IMG/VR virus record: IMGVR_UViG_3300005998_000005
Coordinates: 940-64,939 of that record
Source of the DNA: a virus
Length of the DNA: 64,000 nt
Strand: one strand, 5' to 3'
The notes under the pieces are model-generated. The model saw only the letters and a list, made by a program, of their open reading frames with translations. It searched no databases and was not told the DNA's origin. The position numbers were made by a program, and so were the translations under genes. Below, piece by piece: positions 10,830 through 22,616 of the stretch (the first letter of the stretch is position 1; each line of letters starts with the position of its first letter).

Positions 10830-12068
10830 CTATTCCGCGTTGACGTCTTCTTCATGGAGAGACTTGATTATTTCGTTGTAGGAGACCGTCAGTTCCTCAC
10901 GGTCTTCATCGGGCACATCAAAAGCATCCAGACAGCGGGTGAAAACATCTCCGGCATCCAGATCATCGAGGGTTTCATCCTCCGCGACCGTACTGATCAC
11001 CCGGTCCATGACACGCCGGTTTTTGATCCGGCGGATTTCCATGGTTGAATCGGCCATAGCTTCGTCGAGCATCTCGCGCAGGTTGCCGATGATGTCGCTG
11101 CCGGTGTATTCGATCTCAAGCCATGCAGCGCTTTCTACCTTTTTGAGATCCTCCAGCTTGGCGTGGATATCATCCAGCGATCCAACAATGCGAATCAGCT
11201 CCTGAAAACACGGTACAGAGAGTTCTTGGATATCTGGCGTGGTGCTGTTGAACTCTATTAGCACGACCTTCTTTTCCTGAGTCGCTTCGCCATAGCCCAT
11301 TGGGATGGGCGAACCACAATAGCGGATGTGCTCCGCACTGCCGACCGCCTGAGGAACATGCAGATGGCCAAGGGCAAGATAATCGATTGACGAAGGGAAC
11401 ACCTCCTCACCGACATGTGCCAGTGATCCCACATAGAGTTCCCGGACACCATCACCATCAACGGTCTTACCGCCTGCAGTAAAGAGGTGGCCCATGGCAA
11501 CGATGGGAATGTCATCATGCCCGGCGCTTTTGAATTCGGCTCGTTTCTGTTCCGCAATCGCACAAACATCCGCGTAATGGTTTTTCAATCCTTCAACGAG
11601 CTTGGCGTTTTTATCGTTGATCGTTTCTCCCGGTTCGACTGTGCGGATGTCCTTGTCCCGCAAATAAGGCACAGCGCAGACAATAGCCTCCGGCTTATCA
11701 TCTGCGTGAAGAACAAAGACTTCGTCCTCCAAGGCTTCGGTCATCGAGCCAACCACATACACATTGAGCGCCCGAAGCAGCTCCTTCGGGGCATTCAGAA
11801 ATGACGGTGAATCATGGTTTCCGGCAACGACCACAACATGACGGCAGCAGGATGCGGCCACTCGGCAGAAGAAACGATAGTAGAGCTCCTGCGCCCGGTT
11901 GCTGGGTGTGCTGGTATCGAACACATCACCGGCGACAAGCAGGGCATCGATCTTTTCATCTTCGATAGTCTTAACCAGCCAATCCAGAAACGCAGAGAAC
12001 TCCTCATAGCGTTTCCGGCCGTAAAGGGAGCGGCCTAAATGCCAGTCTGATGTGTGGAGGATTTTCAT
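10830..12068 (-). CDS. sbcD: SbcD/Mre11-like metallophosphoesterase nuclease
   Basis: HTSDWHLG, AGDVFD, AGNHDS, MGHLF, LGHLH, YCGSP; ATGA overlap with herA. Confidence 0.93.
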   Translation of the reverse strand: MKILHTSDWHLGRSLYGRKRYEEFSAFLDWLVKTIEDEKIDALLVAGDVFDTSTPSNRAQELYYRFFCRVAASCCRHVVVVAGNHDSPSFLNAPKELLRALNVYVVGSMTEALEDEVFVLHADDKPEAIVCAVPYLRDKDIRTVEPGETINDKNAKLVEGLKNHYADVCAIAEQKRAEFKSAGHDDIPIVAMGHLFTAGGKTVDGDGVRELYVGSLAHVGEEVFPSSIDYLALGHLHVPQAVGSAEHIRYCGSPIPMGYGEATQEKKVVLIEFNSTTPDIQELSVPCFQELIRIVGSLDDIHAKLEDLKKVESAAWLEIEYTGSDIIGNLREMLDEAMADSTMEIRRIKNRRVMDRVISTVAEDETLDDLDAGDVFTRCLDAFDVPDEDREELTVSYNEIIKSLHEEDVNAE

Positions 12069-14266
12069 TCAGAAACCTCGACTTCTTCATCTCCCTTATC
12101 GACGTTATTTTCCCATTTGGCACAGATCTTTTCGATATCAGGTGTCTTACTATCGGTGGACCAGCTTTTAAAAAACTGAGGATTTTTGCTTCGAGGAGCC
12201 GGGTCAACTTCCCTCATTTCAACCAATGCGGGAGCCTGCACACATTCTCCAAGCACAAGAGCGCTTCGTGGAGCCAGTGCCGGTAACTGCTCAAGTAATT
12301 GCCCATATATCCCGGGGACAATTTCTCGAAAGTACCGAAGGTCTTCAGGATTCTGCAGTCGATGCACCACGAAGGAGTTGCATTGCGAAAGCACCGTTTT
12401 AGACATCTCACTTGGTCTTTGAGAAGCAACAACTAATCCCAATCCAAATTTACGTCCCTCGCGTGCTATCCGTTCAAATACTTGCTTCGAGATGGAGTCG
12501 TCTTCATTCTTTTTGCCTTCTCGGATATAGTTCTGGGCCTCTTCAAGAACAAGCACAACAGGGAATTCGCCACGGCCTATACCACTTTCTGGGAAGCTCA
12601 GGCGTTGCATAAATTCGTGTATCAAACGTCCAATAAGAGCTGTAACGTTTTCCAGAACCTCTGAGGCTAAGAGGCTGAGATCGACAATAACGACATTGGA
12701 TCTTGAGGAACCCTTTCTCTGCCTATCGTAAAACGGCAGAAGGTTATCTTGAAGGCTCTCTGAACCGGATAAATCTCTATCCGGATTGCTTTCTAAGCCG
12801 AGCAAATCCCGTAAAAAGGCGGCAAGTGAATGCTTTATCTGGGGCCATTCTTTTGTTGATGGACCGAAAAGAAACTCAAACCTTGAATCCTCAAGAAGCC
12901 TGAAAATTCGCATGAGCATGGTAGAGCAATTATCCCTTGCTCTGCTTGAGCTTCCATCATCTCTGGACATGGCCTCTTCAATGTGTCGATAGCGGAAATC
13001 AGTGCGACTAAAATAAGATGGGCAATCAGCAGTAGCCACGGAGAGAGACTCATCACCATCAGGCAGGCGCGACAGAGTAGATAACAAAGGGTTAATTTGT
13101 TCTTTGATTCGGGTTTGTTTTCCGAGGTCGATTTGAGCGTATGACTCGTATTTTTGCCCTTCCGAAGATATTCCCTCCCTGGCAATGTCACAGACGGTGC
13201 TAAAAATGCTTTTTAACCCGTCAAGGGTGACTGAAGGATATGCTTGGCCTATCAGTGTAATAGCGTCTGCATTGGCAGGATTGTCCAGATAGCCCACAAG
13301 GCCATCACATAACTGGCGTATAGCCTTTGCATCACCTTTATCACCACCAGAGCAATAACCTAAAACACGATTACATTCTTTGATTATATCTTCGCGCAAT
13401 TGAAGCCATGCACTCCCGGTACTGGAGCTGTTACGTGCAGAGGAAAGCGCATTAAGCAAGACTGGCCTTTGCACACCGGGTGAGGCCCGGAAAATCCGTA
13501 CAAAGTCATCAGAATCCATAAACCAGTATGGGATCGCCAGCTTTTCTTTCTCGTTAGGATCTGTTGGAATGTATAAAGATTTAAATGCAGGTTTTGCATC
13601 GCTCCATTGGCTTCCATTCACTTTCTGAAAAGCGGATCGATACTCGCCGTTCGTGTCCAAGATGACAAATCGTGTTTGCTTTACCTGTGGATGCTCAATC
13701 ACGGACTGCAAAATGGTTGCTATTGAGCAGGATTTCCCAGATCCGGTACTCCCAATAATTGCAGCGTGCTTGCCGAAGAACGTGTCGGGGTCAATTATGA
13801 TATCATAATCTGGGAAAACCGCAGATCGCCCCACAGGGATGCAGTATCCCGGGTCATCAGAATCATATTCGCAGGCACATTTTTTGCCGAAAATAGCATC
13901 CAGATCTTCACGCTTTGTGATCAATACCGGTGAGTCCAGTACAGGGAAAAGATTAATCCCTTGCTTGAATTCATTTTCGTCAATCGTACCAATCATCGTT
14001 GCTTTCATCAGACGTCGAGATGAAGGCAAGGACACCATTGTTTTATCTGCCTTGAGCTCACTTTCTTCTGTGAGGACAACGCGTGTCACCATGGCAACAA
14101 TTCTTCGGGGACCGACAGGTATAATCACATAGGAGTTGATCGACCCGACCTCTATGGTTCCTTCATATGTTGAGCGGGTGAGAGCTTTCAGATCTCGATT
14201 CAGCTCTATGGTCACTTGAGCTGTGTCAACAGCAACGACACGCCCGATTTCATGATCATTCGACAT
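12065..14266 (-). CDS. herA: HerA/DUF87 family ATPase
   Basis: N-terminal HAS-barrel-like region, Walker A GSTGSGKS, Walker B LVLEEAQNY, IAREGRKFG, ASQRPSE. Confidence 0.9.
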   Translation of the reverse strand: MSNDHEIGRVVAVDTAQVTIELNRDLKALTRSTYEGTIEVGSINSYVIIPVGPRRIVAMVTRVVLTEESELKADKTMVSLPSSRRLMKATMIGTIDENEFKQGINLFPVLDSPVLITKREDLDAIFGKKCACEYDSDDPGYCIPVGRSAVFPDYDIIIDPDTFFGKHAAIIGSTGSGKSCSIATILQSVIEHPQVKQTRFVILDTNGEYRSAFQKVNGSQWSDAKPAFKSLYIPTDPNEKEKLAIPYWFMDSDDFVRIFRASPGVQRPVLLNALSSARNSSSTGSAWLQLREDIIKECNRVLGYCSGGDKGDAKAIRQLCDGLVGYLDNPANADAITLIGQAYPSVTLDGLKSIFSTVCDIAREGISSEGQKYESYAQIDLGKQTRIKEQINPLLSTLSRLPDGDESLSVATADCPSYFSRTDFRYRHIEEAMSRDDGSSSRARDNCSTMLMRIFRLLEDSRFEFLFGPSTKEWPQIKHSLAAFLRDLLGLESNPDRDLSGSESLQDNLLPFYDRQRKGSSRSNVVIVDLSLLASEVLENVTALIGRLIHEFMQRLSFPESGIGRGEFPVVLVLEEAQNYIREGKKNEDDSISKQVFERIAREGRKFGLGLVVASQRPSEMSKTVLSQCNSFVVHRLQNPEDLRYFREIVPGIYGQLLEQLPALAPRSALVLGECVQAPALVEMREVDPAPRSKNPQFFKSWSTDSKTPDIEKICAKWENNVDKGDEEVEVSE

Positions 14267-15668
14267 CTTCGACCTCCGGCTGGGCTTCTTTATAGGCGAG
14301 AGCCTTAAAGGTCTTCATGACTTTTGCATCAATTTCCTCTTCTCTGAGATCAGGAAGCAGCTGCTTAACAAAGTTGCCGAATGTACCGATATCCCATCCT
14401 GAAACGATCCAAACCCGTTCGTCGCCAATTTTCTGTAGTTCCTTCACAAAATCACTGCTCGGGTTTGGGTCCACGACAATCAATGTAAAGCTCGGTATTG
14501 CTAACGCCTGTCGAATAATCGCATTTACATGCTCATCGCCAAACCCATATCCAATGGTGAAGAGAACCGATTGGGGCTGGACAACTGCATTTCCGAATCG
14601 GCGGAACAATTCAGAATAAGGCAACCCAAGCGCCTGCCCATATTTTAGCGGTGATGGATATATCAGAACGTCATCATCTTTGCATTGCTGGTTGAAATAA
14701 GTTGCATACAGACCATACGGGTTTTCCCAGCCTTGATCGGTTCTATGCCATGTGATTGACCCGTGAAGCTTGTATAGATGTAAAGCTCTGTCAAAACGAT
14801 GGACTCGGCCTTCAGTAGTCTGTGCCGGAAAATAAAAATCAAGGTCGTATGATTCAGGTCGAAACACTCGCTTCATATTGCCGACAAAACCATCAACCAA
14901 TACCGCGCCTTCAGCATCAGCTCCCTGTTCAATCAGGGTATCGTAATTGAGCGTGAAGAGGTTGGCCCGTCGAAGATTCAATGGTCTGGTCAATATCTTC
15001 TTTATGAATTTTCTATGGACCCCTAATTCACTTTCCTTACCTGCTGCCGGGAGATTTATAAGATCCGTTAAGCATCCTGTAACTTTCCGGATCAGCGCCT
15101 CCAGGTTTCCCTTTTCCAGTATCAGGTCGTCAACTCCGGTACGACCAATTTTGATTGTATCCGTAAAATTACCGATACCTGATCGCCACATATGAAGATG
15201 ACTCAGGTAATCTTCAAGGTTTATACAAATAGCCTCGGTTTCCTTGTCATCAGCCAATGGGCATTTTTCTTTGCGGTCATCGAATGAATAACTTTTCCCT
15301 GATATGAGGGAGGCTGTTTCATAAAAACAGTGTACCCATTCAGGCGCACCCGATTCTGTTTTTTCGCTCTCGGCCATTGCAAGCAAAGCATCTTCAAGAG
15401 GCTTCGGGATGTTCGCTAATGAAACCCCGCAGCAGATTATTGATGCACCAGCGCCAATCAGGAAGGAAACATTGTCCGTTTTTAACAACGTTCCCATGCG
15501 TACCCGAGTTTCTTTCAATACCTCGAGCAATTTCTTTTTGGCCTTGGAGAAGTCAGCACCCCCAGCATCCTGATCTTCAGCGATAAGCGGGAGAACCTTA
15601 GATTCAATCAGGTCCTCTGTGCCGATTTGAATTTTATACTCTGAAAACTCGGTCTTATCATTGCTCAT
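14256..15668 (-). CDS. SIR2-like (SIR2_2) NADase, partner of HerA (Sir2-HerA defence system)
   Basis: FLIGAGAS, FTLNYDTLIE, LYKLHGS, IGYGFGDEHVN; overlaps herA by 11 nt. Confidence 0.88.
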   Translation of the reverse strand: MSNDKTEFSEYKIQIGTEDLIESKVLPLIAEDQDAGGADFSKAKKKLLEVLKETRVRMGTLLKTDNVSFLIGAGASIICCGVSLANIPKPLEDALLAMAESEKTESGAPEWVHCFYETASLISGKSYSFDDRKEKCPLADDKETEAICINLEDYLSHLHMWRSGIGNFTDTIKIGRTGVDDLILEKGNLEALIRKVTGCLTDLINLPAAGKESELGVHRKFIKKILTRPLNLRRANLFTLNYDTLIEQGADAEGAVLVDGFVGNMKRVFRPESYDLDFYFPAQTTEGRVHRFDRALHLYKLHGSITWHRTDQGWENPYGLYATYFNQQCKDDDVLIYPSPLKYGQALGLPYSELFRRFGNAVVQPQSVLFTIGYGFGDEHVNAIIRQALAIPSFTLIVVDPNPSSDFVKELQKIGDERVWIVSGWDIGTFGNFVKQLLPDLREEEIDAKVMKTFKALAYKEAQPEVEDVE

Positions 15669-15704
15669 AAAATTTATCCTTATTTATGCCATCATCCGAC
15701 TACC

Positions 15705-18700
15705 TCAAATCAAACCGAAGAAACGCTCGAAAAACATGCTCAGCTTATCCAGCACAGTTTGTTTCTTCACGGCATGACTATTGTTTCTATTGAATCTGGA
15801 AACCGGAGGGAGAATATTTGTGATGGCGGTTCCGGTGACGGGAATCGCTCCGTCTCGGAATGCATTCTCAATGAATAGCTTTGTTTCATCAGCGTTGAGT
15901 CTTTCCTCCGCAATAATCCGGTCCAGTTCCTTCACCTTTTTAGCCGCAATGTAAGCAGCCCACTGGGCATCAACTTTGGAATTTGTGGAAACAGAGTCCA
16001 CGAACTGTTCGATAAGGTCTTTCTTGTTGCGCAGACTGGGACTGGAGTTGATCGCACGCTCGATGGCCGCCCGGATTTCCTTATCTTCGCCCGTACCTTT
16101 CTTCTTCAGGTATTTTTCAACCAGCATCAGGATGTAATCTACATTGATCTCAACCTGCTTGATCAGCTCAATCTCGAAGACCACATCATCGTTGATCGAT
16201 TCTTTTTCGGCCTCGGATGTGCTGCGAAATTCGGCGAACAGATTCAGATACAGACTCTGATAATCCTGAAAATCCCGGTCGCTGAGAATTGCGTTCCCTG
16301 TAAAATCATCAAATGCCGTAAGAATGTTCTTCAAACGCAGGATAGAACCAAAGAGCTTAATAAACGCCTTCTGAGCCGCTTCGCCAATGATGGATTCATT
16401 GAGAGGGAACTTTTCCGTCAATTCTTCAACCCGTTTTTCGTATTCCTTGTAATAGTCGGCATAGGGTTTCAAGAGCACAATGCCCTTGGCATCTTTGTTC
16501 CCGAACAGAGCGAGAGCATCGTTAGTTTCCTTCTCTAAATTACGGAAGGAAATAATATTGCCGTAAGTTTTGACGGAGTTGAGAATGCGATTTGTACGGG
16601 AGAATGCCTGAATCAGACCATGGGCACGCAGATTTTTATCCACCCACAAAGTGTTGAGGGTGGTCGCATCGAAACCGGTCAGGAACATATTGACAACAAT
16701 CACCAAATCGAGCTCGCGGTTTTTCAGGCGTTGCGATAAATCCTTGTAGTAGTTCTGAAACTTGTCTGCAGAGGTGTCATAGCTGGTGCCGAACTGGGCA
16801 TTATAGTCCTTGATCGCAGCATCCAGAAAATCCCGCGAACTTTGATCCAATCCTTCAACTTCGAATTCCTCTTCACTTAGCAACCCGTCAGGTTCTTCCT
16901 CATTGGCGGCAAAGCTGTAGATCAGGCCCACTTTGAGACGCTGTGTTGGCGGCAGACCTTTTTGCTGGGCGGCGAGTTCGGCATAATAGCGCTTTGCGGC
17001 ATCGATGGAGGCCGTAGCGAATAGTGAATTGAACCCGTTGGTTCGCTGAGTTGCCTTACTTGCTTCGATCTTATTCTTGCTGGAAATCACCTCAGTCACA
17101 TTCGTGACAACCGAATGCCAATAATTGCTGGAACGTTTGGTTTTTTGGGTGAAGTGTTCCCGAATGTAACTCACCACCTGCGTGATACGTTTTGGGTCGA
17201 GCAATGCCCGCTCTGTATCAATAGCCGACACTTTTTTATCTTTGACTCTTGGGGATTCCTTAATCGTGTTAATGTAATCGATGCGGAAAGGCAGTACGTT
17301 TTTATCGGTAATGGCATCGACAATAGTATAGGTGTGCAGTTTGTCACCAAAAGCCTGTTCAGTAGTACGCCGCAGCGGATTACCGTGACTTCCTGCGTTA
17401 TCTGCAAAGATCGGAGTGCCGGTAAAACCGAACAAGTGATAGCGCTTGAAGGATTTGGTAATTTCAGTGTGCATATCGCCAAACTGACTGCGATGGCACT
17501 CATCAAAAATGACCACGACATGCGCATCATAGACCGGATGCTTCTTGTTTTGAGCCACAAAACGGCTGAGCTTTTGAATAGTCGTAATGATGATGCGGGC
17601 ATTTGGATCTTCAAGCTGCCGTTTTAACACCGTCGTCGACGTGTTTGAGTTGGCCGCTCCTTTCTCAAAACGTTCGTACTCGCGCATGGTCTGGTAATCC
17701 AGGTCTTTACGGTCTACAACAAACAGTACCTTGTCTATTTCTGACAAGCCTCTCGCAAGTTGAGCCGCCTTGAAACTGGTTAAGGTCTTGCCGCTGCCAG
17801 TGGTATGCCAGACATAACCACCCGCTGCCGTTTTACCTAGTTGCTTATGGTTTGTACCGGTGGCGATGCGTTGCAGAATCTGCTCGGCCGCCGCAATCTG
17901 ATAGGGCCTCATCACCAGCAGCTTACGATCCACGTCAAACACACAATATCGGGTCAGGATATTCAACAATGTATGCCGGGCAAAAAAAGTTTTGGCAAAA
18001 CCACGCAGCTCAGTAATAGGGTGATTTCTCGCATCGGCCCACCAGCTCGTGAATGAAAAACTGTTGGAGGTTTTACGGCGCGAGCGTTTGCTGCGCTGTT
18101 CGGCCAGATGGCTGTCGCGCACTGTGTTGCTGTAATACTTGGTCAGGGTGCCGTTGCTGATCACAAATAACTGTACATACTCAAACAGGCCGGAACCTGC
18201 CCAGAAACTGTCGCGCTGATAGCGATTGATCTGATTGAACGCCTCACGAATATCAACGCCCCGGCGCTTGAGTTCCACATGCACCATCGGGAGACCGTTA
18301 ACAAGTACCGTCACGTCATAACGGTTGGCTCGCGCACCTTCCACTTCGTATTGGTTGATAACCTGAAGACTGTTGTTGTGAATATGCTGTTTATCAATCA
18401 GGTAGATGTTTTTGACCGTGCCATCATCACGGCTGAGCACCTGAATATGATCTTCCTAATACGAGTTGTCTTTTCGACAATGCCATCATTCGCTCCGGAA
18501 ATGCAGGTGCTGAAAAATCGCTCCCATTCCGCATTAGAAAAGGTGATCTTGTTGAGTTTCTCCAGTTGCTTGCGCAGATTGGCAATCAGGTCGGCTTCGG
18601 AGGTAATAGGCAGGTAGTCATAAGCCTGCAGTTCCAATTGCTTGATAAATGCCTTTTCAAGTGAGTCCTCCGACTGATAGGCGGTTTCCCGCACCTCGCT

Positions 18701-18781
18701 AACCATATATTCGGCGACAACGGTGCTTTCATCAGAAAGCGCAATCGGTTCAATGCCATAGCGTACAGGTTCTTCGCTCAT
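15705..18781 (-). pseudogene. hsdR: Type I restriction subunit HsdR, 1-bp deletion near 18457
   Basis: RYDVTVLVNGLPMVHVELKR, HTTGSGKT, DECHRS, FTGTP, MFLTGFD; ATT(C)AG restores TTRIQEDHIQ. Confidence 0.9.
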
Positions 18782-19316
18782 GCCGCCTCCTTGAATGTTA
18801 ACAGTTTGTCCCGGTAATACTCATACTGCTGGCGGCGTGCTTTGATTTCAGCGGGCAGCCCGGAGGAGAGATCGTTCACCAGCGCATCGAACTTATCGAG
18901 AATGGCAACAATGCGTTCCTGTTCTTCCATTGGGGGAACTGGAACCGGCATTTTAAGAAACATTGGCTTCCGCAGTGATGTTACTGAAGAATGAACAGAC
19001 GTTTTCTGCACGTAATCATAAAACCTGGCAGCAAGATAATGATAGATATAGCGGGAGTCGACTTCATCACTCGGAACGATCCTGTAAGCTCGCTGATGAA
19101 GTGCATATTTACCTTCAGCCCAATGAAAAACCTTTCCGACACCAACACCGTCGCCTGCCGTGATAATGGCGGTTTCGTCAAAGTCGTATGAATTTAGATT
19201 CAACGGCTCACGACCTCTTGCATAAAACACGTAATCACCATCCTCAATAGCATCTTTTGTATCGTGACTGCCTGTTCCTATAGTTGCTATTTCACCCAAT
19301 GTCGTCCACCTTATCC

Positions 19317-19332
19317 TTGCTTGCTTGCTTGC
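19317..19332 (-). repeat. (GCAA)4 tetranucleotide tract in the hsdS inter-TRD linker
   Basis: TTGC x4 on the plus strand; currently in frame (ASKQAR). Confidence 0.75.
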
Positions 19333-19401
19333 GCTCGCTACGCTCGCGTCATCAAAACTCAGTAGTTCGTCGCGGTAATATTGATACTGGCGACGGCGTG
19401 C

Positions 19402-19437
19402 TTCTAGCTCCGCTTCTAGCTCCGCTTATAGCTCCGT
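19402..19437 (-). repeat. Three 12-bp tandem units (AELE-type spacer repeats) in hsdS
   Basis: TTCTAGCTCCGC x2 plus TTATAGCTCCGT; the 5'-most unit carries TAA where the others have GAA. Confidence 0.85.
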
Positions 19438-19960
19438 GAAATTGTCAAGTACCTTGACAATTTCACGCTGCACTTCTAAGGGCGGGATGGGTACAGAAAA
19501 TTTTTCCATGCTTTTGCCGGAAACGCGTCGTACTTTGGCTCCGGTAATGTGGCGCGTTTTTTGTGACCGGAAATGTTCTGACTGAAAGAAGTAAGCGATA
19601 TATTTGGGGTCAAGTGAGTGGCTATAAATGTATGCATCACCGCTAACCGCAATTTCGCCTTGGCCTATCCATGCAACCGCTTTGCAAACATCCTCTTCAT
19701 TCTCGCTCGTGGTAGCAATAACGAGATCACCACACTTTGCCTTCCGTAGACGATTGGCAAGTTTAGGTGATACAAATGACTTTGTTTCAGCTGTCCAAAT
19801 CCCATAATGCGTGTAGAGCTGGCCGTAGTGGATTGCGCCTATTCCAGAATCGGCAAGATCCTTTTTCTGAAGGCCATTGCCTCGAATAAACGTTCCGACA
19901 TCTCCCAAGGTTTTATATTCCACTCCTTCAGGGCAGAGCTTCGCAATTAATTTTTCAATT

Positions 19961-20794
19961 CTATTCATCGCTATCGCCCTCCAGCTTCTTAATGTTGTTA
20001 TCTTTCGTCAGTAGACGCATCTGCTGGATGGCCGTCTGGTTCAGCAGTCCAAGCCTTTCGGACGGCTCCATCTCCTGCTGAATCAAATGGGCATTCAGGG
20101 TTTCAAGGTTCGCGAGGCAGACCAGTTGCGAGACATTGGCATAGTCCCGAATATTGCCCTTTTTATCCGGGTTCTCATCCCGCCACTGTTTGGCTGTTTT
20201 GCCGAAGAGCGCCGCGTTCAACAAGTCGGCCTCCGAAGCATAAACAAAACTCATCTGCTGCTTCGTCAGCTCCGGTGGGATGAGATTCTCTTTGATGGCA
20301 TCGGTGTGAATGCGGTAATTGATTTTGGTAAGCTGGCGTTTGACATCCCAGCCAAGTTGTTTTTGCTCCTGTTCTTTGAGTCGCTGGAATTCTTTGATGA
20401 GGTAGAGCTTGAATTCAACCGACACCCAGGACGCAAATTCAAAGGCAATGTCCTTATGACCGTATGTTCCGCCATAGCGCCCGGCTTTGGAACTTAGACC
20501 AATGGCTCCAGTTAAGGATATCCATCGCTTTGGAGTAAGCGTGAAACTGTTTAGACCGGCCTGTTTTCTAATCCCGTCGAATTCGACGGGGTTAAAATCC
20601 GGATTGTGGAGCTGCTCCCAGATCCCGAGAAGCTCCAGTGTATTGCGATTTCTGAGCCAGTTTCTAATCAAATCGTCGGGATGTTCCGGGTTTTTGGATT
20701 TTGCAATATCCGTCAGGCAAATAAAGTCACTTTGGTCGATTGATTTAATTTTCACCTCGGTGCTTAGCACCTTTATCGTATCGTTCTTAGCCAT
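19961..20794 (-). CDS. KilA-N domain DNA-binding protein
   Basis: [48 protein letters not shown]; likely start MAKNDT overlapping the hsdM stop. Confidence 0.82.
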   Translation of the reverse strand: MAKNDTIKVLSTEVKIKSIDQSDFICLTDIAKSKNPEHPDDLIRNWLRNRNTLELLGIWEQLHNPDFNPVEFDGIRKQAGLNSFTLTPKRWISLTGAIGLSSKAGRYGGTYGHKDIAFEFASWVSVEFKLYLIKEFQRLKEQEQKQLGWDVKRQLTKINYRIHTDAIKENLIPPELTKQQMSFVYASEADLLNAALFGKTAKQWRDENPDKKGNIRDYANVSQLVCLANLETLNAHLIQQEMEPSERLGLLNQTAIQQMRLLTKDNNIKKLEGDSDE

Positions 20795-22370
20795 TTTCAC
20801 ATCCCTCCAAATCTGCCACGATGGCATCAATCTGCGTTCGCAGTTCCGATTGTCGGGCGACGATTCCGGCAATTTCTGTATTGAGTACGATGATATCAAT
20901 TTCTTCGCGTTCATCCTTTTGTTCGACGTAGGAGGAGACGGCGATGTTATAGTCGTTTTCACCAATCTCTTCGTTGGGCACCAGTTTGGCAAAATGCTCC
21001 ATCTCCTCGCGGACGGTGAAGGCATCAAGAATCTTCTTTCGATGGCTTTCAGTCAGCTTGTTTTTATTTCCGTTACGAGTAAACTCGGCAGAGGCATCGA
21101 TGAACAAGGTGGCGTTGTCATGTTTCGACTTTTTCAGAACGATAATGCAGGTGGCGATGGTGGTGCCGAAAAAGAGATCAGGCGGTAGCTGGATCACCGT
21201 GTCGATATAGTTGTTGTCGATCAGGTACTTCCTGATTTTCTGTTCAGCGCCCCCGCGATAGAGCACGCCCGGAAATTCAACAATGGCCGCTGTGCCGTTC
21301 ACCGCCAGCCAGCTCAGGATGTGCATGGTGAATGCAAGGTCGGCCTTACTCTTAGGAGCAAGCACGCCTGCCGGGGCATAACGTGGGTCATTGATAAGTA
21401 AAGGGTTGTCCTTACCCGCCCATTTAATGGAGTACGGCGGATTGGAGACGATGGCCTCAAAAGGCTCATCATCCCAATGAGCCGGATCGGTGAGCGTATC
21501 ACCATGAGCGATGTCGAACTTTTCATAGTTGATATCATGCAGAAACATGTTAATCCGGCAGAGGTTGTAGGTGGTCAGGTTGACCTCCTGGCCAAAGAAA
21601 CCTTGGCGAACCTTGCCATGGCCCAGTACCTTGGCGAACTTGAGCAATAACGAGCCGGAGCCGCATGCCGGGTCATACACCTTGTTGACCTCGCTCTTAC
21701 CCACTACAGTAATTTCAGCAAGCAGCTCAGAGACTTCCTGCGGGGTAAAAAACTCACCACCCGACTTTCCAGCGGTGGAGGCATACATCGTCATCAGATA
21801 TTCGTAGGCATCACCAAACAGGTCAATGGTGTTTTCCGAGAAACCACCCGATCCGTTGTTAAGTGGCAGGTCGCCGATGGCATCAAGCAGTTTTACCAGT
21901 TTTTCATTACGCTTGATAACGGTGGGTCCTAGTTTGCTGCTGTTAACATCAAGGTCGTCAAACAACCCCTTAAAATCCTCTTCACTGTCACTACCCAATG
22001 CTGACCCTTCGATGTCTTTAAAAACTCTGGAAAGGGTTTCATTAAGATCCTGATCGTGCCGTGCCTGCGCCCGTACGTTGACAAAGAGATCGGAGGGAAG
22101 GATATAGAAGCCTTTTTCTTTGACCGTCTCAGTACGTCCGAATTCAGCGTCTTCATCACTCAGTCCGGCATAATCAAAATCCGGGCTTCCTGCCTTGCGC
22201 TCCAGCTCGTTCAAATAACCAGTCAGGTTTTCGGAAATGAAGCGGTAGAACAGCATCCCAAGCACATAGCTTTTGAAGTCCCAACCGTCGACACTTCCTC
22301 GTAAATCATTGGCTATGCGCCATATGGTTTTGTGGAGCTCCGCGCGTTCTGTTTCTTTATTCTTACTCAT
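20787..22370 (-). CDS. hsdM: Type I restriction-modification methyltransferase HsdM
   Basis: [40 protein letters not shown]. Confidence 0.95.
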   Translation of the reverse strand: MSKNKETERAELHKTIWRIANDLRGSVDGWDFKSYVLGMLFYRFISENLTGYLNELERKAGSPDFDYAGLSDEDAEFGRTETVKEKGFYILPSDLFVNVRAQARHDQDLNETLSRVFKDIEGSALGSDSEEDFKGLFDDLDVNSSKLGPTVIKRNEKLVKLLDAIGDLPLNNGSGGFSENTIDLFGDAYEYLMTMYASTAGKSGGEFFTPQEVSELLAEITVVGKSEVNKVYDPACGSGSLLLKFAKVLGHGKVRQGFFGQEVNLTTYNLCRINMFLHDINYEKFDIAHGDTLTDPAHWDDEPFEAIVSNPPYSIKWAGKDNPLLINDPRYAPAGVLAPKSKADLAFTMHILSWLAVNGTAAIVEFPGVLYRGGAEQKIRKYLIDNNYIDTVIQLPPDLFFGTTIATCIIVLKKSKHDNATLFIDASAEFTRNGNKNKLTESHRKKILDAFTVREEMEHFAKLVPNEEIGENDYNIAVSSYVEQKDEREEIDIIVLNTEIAGIVARQSELRTQIDAIVADLEGCENG

Positions 22371-22567
22371 TCAGCTTTGTCCTGTCTCGGGTTATCAGTT
22401 GCGCCGCCAGCTCGTACCCACTCGTCGATCTCGTCTTTCTTGAATTTCCAAAGACGACCGATTTTGTGAGCGGGCATGCCTTTTTCGCTTATCCACTTAT
22501 AGACGGTATCTCGCTTGATCCCGAGATAGTCTCCAATTTCATCTACGGACAACCATCTGTCTTCCAT
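22367..22567 (-). CDS. Excisionase (Xis)-family HTH DNA-binding protein
   Basis: [22 protein letters not shown]...[19 protein letters not shown]; ATGA overlap with hsdM. Confidence 0.88.
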   Translation of the reverse strand: MEDRWLSVDEIGDYLGIKRDTVYKWISEKGMPAHKIGRLWKFKKDEIDEWVRAGGATDNPRQDKAE

Positions 22568-22616
22568 TTTCGACTCCATCATTCTTTGAGGGCCGTCCAA
22601 ACGGCTCGTCAAGTTG

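Larger units (their letters stand above)
18778..19968 (-). pseudogene. hsdS: Type I (IC-like) specificity subunit HsdS, in-frame TAA at 19426-19428
   Basis: Two TRDs with conserved PIPPLEVQREIVKVLD and PVPPMEEQERIVAILD regions and ARRxQYxYYRDxLL helices; both ORF halves are in the same frame. Confidence 0.88.
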
